DNA of 50,961 nucleotides, from positions 1-50,961 of the forward strand of contig JAZSBE010000046.1 of assembly GCA_045602215.1 (NCBI GenBank), read 5' to 3'. Numbering within the stretch: the first letter of the stretch is position 1; each line of letters begins with the position of its first letter. Below the pieces are notes generated by a model. It made no database searches and was not told where the DNA came from. It worked only from the letters and a program-made list of their open reading frames with translations. The stretch comes from Eubacteriales bacterium (GTDB lineage: Bacteria; Bacillota; Clostridia; Oscillospirales; CAG-272). This document shows positions 45,945 through 50,961 of the stretch, piece by piece. The position numbers and the translations under genes were made by a program.

Positions 45945-47873
45945 ATGTATGCATTGACAGTGAGCGATCTCTCCTTTGGCGTGGGAACGACGAGAATTCT
46001 GGATAAGGTATCCTTTGCCCTGGACGAGACCGACCGACTTGGCATCATCGGGGTGAACGGAAGCGGAAAGTCCACCCTGTTCCGCCTCATCATGGGAGAA
46101 CTTGAGCCCACCGAGGGAAGCGTGTATCTTTCGCGCGGCAAGACGGTGGGGATCCTGACGCAGGACGGCGCGTTTGACGGGGAGGACGACGGCAAGCCCG
46201 CGCTTGAGAGAATGTACCGAGCCTTTCCGCATCTTTTGGCGGCGGAGGCAAGGCTCTCCGAGCTGGAGCCTCAACTGAACAGCGGCGACGCCCGCGTGAT
46301 CCGCGAATACACCGACCTGCACGACAGATACGTAAGAGACGGGGGACTGGAGTTCCGCGGACGGTGCGCGTCGATCCTGCAAAAGCTTGGCTTTGACGAG
46401 CGGATGCGGATGCAGCCCGTTTCCACCCTCAGCGGAGGACAGCGGACGCGGCTTGCGCTTGCGATCCAGCTCTCGCGCGAGCCCGACGTGCTCCTGCTTG
46501 ACGAGCCGACCAACCACCTCGACATCGAAACGCTTGCGTGGCTCGAGAGCTTTCTTTCCAATTATAAAAAGAGCTTTATGGTCATCTCGCACGACCGATA
46601 TTTTCTTGACCGCGTGACGACGAAGACCCTTCTGATCGAGCATCACCGCGCCAAGCTCTACAACGGCTCCTATACCGCGAGCATGGCGCAAAGAGAGGCG
46701 GACCGCGAGATCGCCGAGCGGCACTGGCGCAACCAGCAGAGGGAGATCGCGCGGCAGGAGGCGTATATCGCGCAGCAGCGCGCGTGGAACCGCGAGCGCA
46801 ACATCATTGCCGCCGAGAGCCGACAAAAGCTGCTTGACAAGATGGAGCGCGTGGAGCGTCCGCAGGACGCGCCGAAGGGGATTCGTATGAGGTTTTCGGA
46901 GGCGATCGCCTCGGGAAACGATGTCCTCGAGGCGAGGGGATTCTCCATGGGGTATCCCGGAAAGCCCCTGTTCCGCGATCTTTCCTTTCTCATCAAGCGC
47001 GAGGAGCGCGTGATGGTGATCGGCCCGAACGGATGCGGAAAATCCACGCTCATCAAGGGGATTCTCGGAAAAATCGCGCCCGCGTGCGGCAGTATTTCGA
47101 CGGGATACAACGTCGAGATCGGATACTACGATCAGGAAAACCAGAATCTCACCCCCGAGAACACGGTGCTGGATGAACTTTGGAACGCCTATCCCACGCG
47201 CACCGAGACCGAGATCCGCAGTGCCTTGGCGATGTTTCGATTCGTGGGCGAGGCGGTGTTCAAGACCGTCTCGGTGCTCAGCGGCGGAGAGCGCGCAAGG
47301 CTGACCTTTGCAAAGCTGATGCTCTCCCGTATGAATCTGTTAGTCCTCGACGAGCCGACCAACCACATGGATATGGACTCGCGCGAGGCACTGGAGGACG
47401 CCATCGGGCAGTTTGAGGGCACGGTGGTGATGGTATCGCACGACCGTTATCTGATCGACAAGCTTGCCACCCGAATTTTGGAGCTGAAGCCGCACGCCGC
47501 GTTCGGGGGAGATCTGCTCGACTATCGCGTGTCGAAGGTGGGAAGCGGCTACACCGAGTTCTCGGAGTACAAGGCCGCCCGCATCGCCGAGCGCGAGAGC
47601 GCGGGAGGAGAATCCTTGGGAGACAACGCCAAGATGACCTCCAACAAGGAGCAATATCTGAAGCAGAAGCAGGAGGCGGCGGACGCACGCAAGAAAAAAG
47701 CGCGCCGCGAGCGGCTGGAGAAGGAGTGCGCCGAGCTGGAGCAACGTCTGGAGCAGATCGAGGAAGAGCTCTTTGGAGACGCGGCGTCCGACTACGTCCG
47801 CGCGGCAGAATTAGACGCGGAAAAAGCGCAAGTCGAGGAGCGGCTTTTGGAGATCTACGGGGAGCTGGAATAA
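45945..47873 (+). CDS. ABC-F family ATPase
   Basis: Two NBDs (GVNGSGKST, LSGGQ, LLDEPTNHLD, SHDRYF; GPNGCGKST, LSGGE, LDEPTNH), interdomain linker, C-terminal coiled coil, no TM segments. Confidence 0.93.
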   Translation: MYALTVSDLSFGVGTTRILDKVSFALDETDRLGIIGVNGSGKSTLFRLIMGELEPTEGSVYLSRGKTVGILTQDGAFDGEDDGKPALERMYRAFPHLLAAEARLSELEPQLNSGDARVIREYTDLHDRYVRDGGLEFRGRCASILQKLGFDERMRMQPVSTLSGGQRTRLALAIQLSREPDVLLLDEPTNHLDIETLAWLESFLSNYKKSFMVISHDRYFLDRVTTKTLLIEHHRAKLYNGSYTASMAQREADREIAERHWRNQQREIARQEAYIAQQRAWNRERNIIAAESRQKLLDKMERVERPQDAPKGIRMRFSEAIASGNDVLEARGFSMGYPGKPLFRDLSFLIKREERVMVIGPNGCGKSTLIKGILGKIAPACGSISTGYNVEIGYYDQENQNLTPENTVLDELWNAYPTRTETEIRSALAMFRFVGEAVFKTVSVLSGGERARLTFAKLMLSRMNLLVLDEPTNHMDMDSREALEDAIGQFEGTVVMVSHDRYLIDKLATRILELKPHAAFGGDLLDYRVSKVGSGYTEFSEYKAARIAERESAGGESLGDNAKMTSNKEQYLKQKQEAADARKKKARRERLEKECAELEQRLEQIEEELFGDAASDYVRAAELDAEKAQVEERLLEIYGELE

Positions 47874-47938
47874 GTCTTTCGCCTCCCAAATCGCTAAACG
47901 CCGATCCCATACAGCATTCCAACGCAGGAAGGAGAACG

Positions 47939-48661
47939 ATGATGAAGCCCGCTATTCTCAAAAAACGCTATCTGATCCCCTTGTGCGCCGCGGTGTTGGT
48001 GCTGGTGGGATTTGCGATCTATTATTTTGCCGCGATTCGTCCGAAAAAGATGGAGGAGAAGCGGTACGGGGAGATCCGCCGCGCCTATTACGCGCAGAAA
48101 TACGAGGAGTATGAAGCGGAAAATCAAAAGTATGCCGACTACGAGGTGGACGTTGCCTTTATCGGGGACAGCCTGACCGATCGGTATGATCTGGAGAATT
48201 TCTACCCCCAATACGTCACCGCCAACCGCGGGATCAGTGGCGACACGACCTTTGACGTTGAGGGACGTTTGCAGATCTCTCTGTACGATCTCAAGCCCAA
48301 GGTGGTCGTGATGCTGATCGGAGCAAACAATTTCGGCACGATGTTCGAAAATTACGAATCCATCCTGCAGGGTCTTCGGGACAATCTGCCCGAGACGAAG
48401 GTGGTGCTCCTTTCCCTGACCGCCATGAACCAAGAGTGGGGACGGAACAATTCGATCGCGGCGCATAACAACGTCAGGATCAAGCTCCTCGCCGAGCGGT
48501 ACGGATTTTCCTACGTCGATCTGTTTACCCCTCTGTATGACGTTTCGGCGGGCGAAGCCTACGCCGACTACACGCTGGACGGGGGACATCTGAGCCACCT
48601 CGGCTATACCAAGGTCACCGAGCAGATCACCCCTGTTCTCAAAGAGCTTTTGGGGAGATAA
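47939..48661 (+). CDS. GDSL/SGNH lipase-esterase with N-terminal membrane anchor
   Basis: FIGDSLT, NRGISGDT, IGANN, DGGHL; AAGGAG RBS. Confidence 0.88.
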   Translation: MMKPAILKKRYLIPLCAAVLVLVGFAIYYFAAIRPKKMEEKRYGEIRRAYYAQKYEEYEAENQKYADYEVDVAFIGDSLTDRYDLENFYPQYVTANRGISGDTTFDVEGRLQISLYDLKPKVVVMLIGANNFGTMFENYESILQGLRDNLPETKVVLLSLTAMNQEWGRNNSIAAHNNVRIKLLAERYGFSYVDLFTPLYDVSAGEAYADYTLDGGHLSHLGYTKVTEQITPVLKELLGR

Positions 48662-48696
48662 CGAAAAAACGAACCGCCGCGTCGCGTGGCGGGAAA

Positions 48697-48740
48697 ATAA
48701 AAGCACGGCATACCTCAAGTGAGGTATGCCGTGCTTTTAT
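48697..48740. terminator. Bidirectional intrinsic terminator
   Basis: ATAAAAGCACGGCATACCTC / GAGGTATGCCGTGCTTTTAT perfect inverted repeat. Confidence 0.8.
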
Positions 48741-48741
48741 G

Positions 48742-49437
48742 TCAATTCTTTTCGAACAAAGGATTCTCCATCTGAAAGGGAACTGCCTCTTGATTTCGCA
48801 CGCGGCCCATGAAGTCGGCGACGTCGGTAATGGGCGTTTCGGTCTGCATCCCTGCCAAGGTGGGGCGGGTTGCGGGGCGATGGTTGTCCGTGCCCGCAAA
48901 GGGGAGCAGTCCGTAGTGCTCGGCGTAGAGCCTTGCCATTCCGTTTTCGCTCTCCGAGCGGCAGGCGTTGATGATCTCCACGCCCTCGACGCATCGGGGA
49001 AAGAGGCGGATGTGGTCGATATAGCTTGCCTCGCGGAAGGGGTGCGCCTGAATGACGAGCGCGCCCTCGGACATAAGAAATCGGAGCAGATCGCTCTTTT
49101 TCATGTCCTCGATCTCGGGGTGGGAGAAGTACCACTCGGGCGTGAGCCCGTACACCAGAAAATCAGTTCCCTTGTAGGAATGCTCCACGCCGAAAAAGAC
49201 CGAGATGCCGATCTCCTCACCCACGCGGCAGGCTTCCTCGTAGTCCGAGGCGTAAAAGCGCATCTTCTCCTCGTAGGGGAGGCTGCGGTCGATGTTGATG
49301 TTGCCGTCGAGGAAGTGATTGGTGACAAAGACGCCGGCAAAGCCGATCTGTTTGTAAAATTCAAGAACCTCGCGCACCGTTGCTCCGGCGCATTGGCTGA
49401 CGGGATAGGTGTGCAGGTGGGTTTCGTATAAATACAT
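48742..49437 (-). CDS. PHP domain phosphoesterase
   Basis: ETHLHT, TNH, GVE, QAHPFR, GTDNH. Confidence 0.85.
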   Translation of the reverse strand: MYLYETHLHTYPVSQCAGATVREVLEFYKQIGFAGVFVTNHFLDGNINIDRSLPYEEKMRFYASDYEEACRVGEEIGISVFFGVEHSYKGTDFLVYGLTPEWYFSHPEIEDMKKSDLLRFLMSEGALVIQAHPFREASYIDHIRLFPRCVEGVEIINACRSESENGMARLYAEHYGLLPFAGTDNHRPATRPTLAGMQTETPITDVADFMGRVRNQEAVPFQMENPLFEKN

Positions 49438-49539
49438 TTTTATTGGTCTCCGTTTTTTTGATTTCTGCGAATATTGTAGCACAAAAATGCCCCCGTGTCA
49501 ATCCAAAAAGACCGACGCGGGGGCAAAATATTTATGTTT

Positions 49540-49959
49540 TTAGAAGTAGAATCGGAGATTTATGACCCCGTACATGAGAGCCATAAAGAGAACCGCGCTG
49601 ATGACTGCCATAATGCCTACCGCCTGTGCTTTTTCGGGAACCTCTTTATATTTTTTGGGCCAGTAGATCAGTCCAAACAGAGGAATCAGGAAGGCGACCA
49701 GACAAAGACCGAGATCGATCTTGTCGTTGGGGTTTTTCAGCGTCTTTTTGCCGATTGAGAAGCGGTTGCAGTTCGGGCAGAAAACGGCTTTGTTGCTAAC
49801 CCTTCCGCCGCATTTGGTGCAGTATGCTGCAGCACGCGGGGTGGAATTTTGTTTTATTGTAGCGAAAAAAGAATTCTTTGCATATATGGAACGACCGCAG
49901 GTGGGGCATACGGTTGCCTTGTTCTTCATTTTTCCGCCGCATTTGACACAATGTTTCAT
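49540..49959 (-). CDS. Tandem zinc-ribbon membrane protein
   Basis: Two CxxCG...CPxC units followed by LVAFLIPLFGLIYW...P.KA TM region. Confidence 0.75.
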   Translation of the reverse strand: MKHCVKCGGKMKNKATVCPTCGRSIYAKNSFFATIKQNSTPRAAAYCTKCGGRVSNKAVFCPNCNRFSIGKKTLKNPNDKIDLGLCLVAFLIPLFGLIYWPKKYKEVPEKAQAVGIMAVISAVLFMALMYGVINLRFYF

Positions 49960-50013
49960 ATTTTTTCAAACATTCCGATGCTTTTTCGTTTTGGAATGCC
50001 CTCCTTTGAGCAT

Positions 50014-50068
50014 ATTATATCACAAAGTGAGATATATGTCAATATCTCACTTTGAGATTTTATATAAT
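50014..50068. promoter_or_regulatory. Divergent promoter region with a 16-bp inverted-repeat operator
   Basis: Minus TTGACA 50042-37, 17 bp, TATAAT 50019-14; ATCACAAAGTGAGATA / TATCTCACTTTGAGAT flank that -35; plus-strand TATAAT at 50063. Confidence 0.65.
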
Positions 50069-50095
50069 ATTTTCAAAGTAGCAAGGAGGGATGGC

Positions 50096-50305
50096 ATGAG
50101 AATACGGGATTTGAGAGAGGATCACGATCTGACGCAGAAGGCGGTTGCCGAATATCTTCACATCAGGCAGAACACCTATTCGCAGTACGAAAACGGTCAG
50201 AGGCAGATCCCGATTGACGCGCTCATCGCGCTTGCGAAATTCTATCATACCTCAACAGACTATATTTTGGGGCTTACCGACGTGAAAAAGCCTTATTCGC
50301 GATGA
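50096..50305 (+). CDS. XRE/HTH_3 transcriptional regulator
   Basis: MRIRDLREDHDLTQKAVAEYLHIRQNTYSQYENG...STDYILGLT; AAGGAGG RBS. Confidence 0.9.
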   Translation: MRIRDLREDHDLTQKAVAEYLHIRQNTYSQYENGQRQIPIDALIALAKFYHTSTDYILGLTDVKKPYSR

Positions 50306-50351
50306 AAAGACGCGCCCTGCACGAATCTTCGTGCGGGGCGTGTGTGTTTTT
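50306..50351. terminator. Bidirectional terminator-like hairpin
   Basis: ACGCGCCCTGCACGAA / TTCGTGCGGGGCGTGT between the convergent XRE gene and rsgA. Confidence 0.65.
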
Positions 50352-50356
50352 TGATC

Positions 50357-50961
50357 TTATTTATCCCAATCGTGCTTTTCCTTCAGAATGTTGAACAGTC
50401 CGACGTAGCTGCGGTGACGGGTGCGCGGAATGGCGCGCTCCTTGACCGCCTCGAGAATGGCGCAGCCCTCCTCCTTGGTGTGGGTGCATTTTTTGTAGCG
50501 GCAGGAACCGATGTAGGGGGCGAACTCGCGGAAGGTGCCCACCAGATCCTCCTTGCCCATAAAGTCGAATCGCTCGAAGTCCAGCATGGTAAAGCCGGGG
50601 GTGTCGGCAAGATAGCCGCAGTCGGTGTCGCTTGAGAGGGGATAGAGCTCCACCGTTCGGGTGGTGTTCTTTCCGCGCTCGATGCGGTGGGAAAGATCTC
50701 CCGTCTCAAGATTGAGGTGAGGGAAGAGGCGGTTGAGCAGGGTGGATTTTCCCACGCCCGACGCGCCCGAAAAGGCGGCGATCTTGTGCTCGGTGCGCAC
50801 GCGAATGTCCTCCTGCAACGCTTCAATTCCTTCTCCCGTGGGGCTGACCACCTCAAACACGGGGAATCCCGCGCGGCGGTACACTCTTGCCAGACGCTCG
50901 GACATCTCCTTGTCGCAGTCGCCTTTGGTGACGATCAGAACGGGGTCGATGCCGTTGAATT
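50357..50961 (-). CDS. rsgA: Ribosome small subunit-dependent GTPase A, 5' end outside window
   Basis: TKGD, SGASGVGKSTLLN, RGKNTTR, DTPGF, CRYKKCTHTKEEGC zinc site. Confidence 0.92.
   Translation of the reverse strand, partial: FNGIDPVLIVTKGDCDKEMSERLARVYRRAGFPVFEVVSPTGEGIEALQEDIRVRTEHKIAAFSGASGVGKSTLLNRLFPHLNLETGDLSHRIERGKNTTRTVELYPLSSDTDCGYLADTPGFTMLDFERFDFMGKEDLVGTFREFAPYIGSCRYKKCTHTKEEGCAILEAVKERAIPRTRHRSYVGLFNILKEKHDWDK

Noticed and set aside
35976-49431. Long opposite-strand ORFs (35976-37283, 37231-38949, 39855-40841, 40922-42343, 45258-46826, 47894-48718, 48739-49431)
   Set aside because: Antisense shadows of recognised genes.
49721-50095. N-terminal extension of the XRE ORF (194 aa in the track)
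   Set aside because: It overlaps the opposite gene and promoter; a strong RBS supports a start at 50096.

Overview
GC-rich chromosomal segment from a Bacillota (probably Clostridia/Oscillospirales-like, inferred from the gene set and sigmaA promoter style). Housekeeping genes (proS partial, phosphohexomutase, CPA antiporter, DUF368, TIGR03960/TIGR03936 radical SAM fusion, rlmB, tRNA-Trp, nrnA, ABC-F, rsgA partial) surround a visibly AT-richer, 16-gene Wzx/Wzy polysaccharide operon (20.3-39.4 kb, minus strand). That operon has five ATP-grasp ligases, two sugar aminotransferases, a PIG-L deacetylase and an amino-acid permease, but only one elongating glycosyltransferase and no N-acyltransferase. 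Other notable items: three copies of a ~150-bp intergenic element whose Y/Y/R tracts co-vary as an intramolecular triple helix would require; a 181-bp structured tandem repeat built from the tRNA-Trp 3' end; a phage-like repressor switch with no phage genes around it; and a catalytically degenerate P1B-ATPase-like membrane protein. All calls come from reading motifs by eye; no database searches or folding calculations were run.
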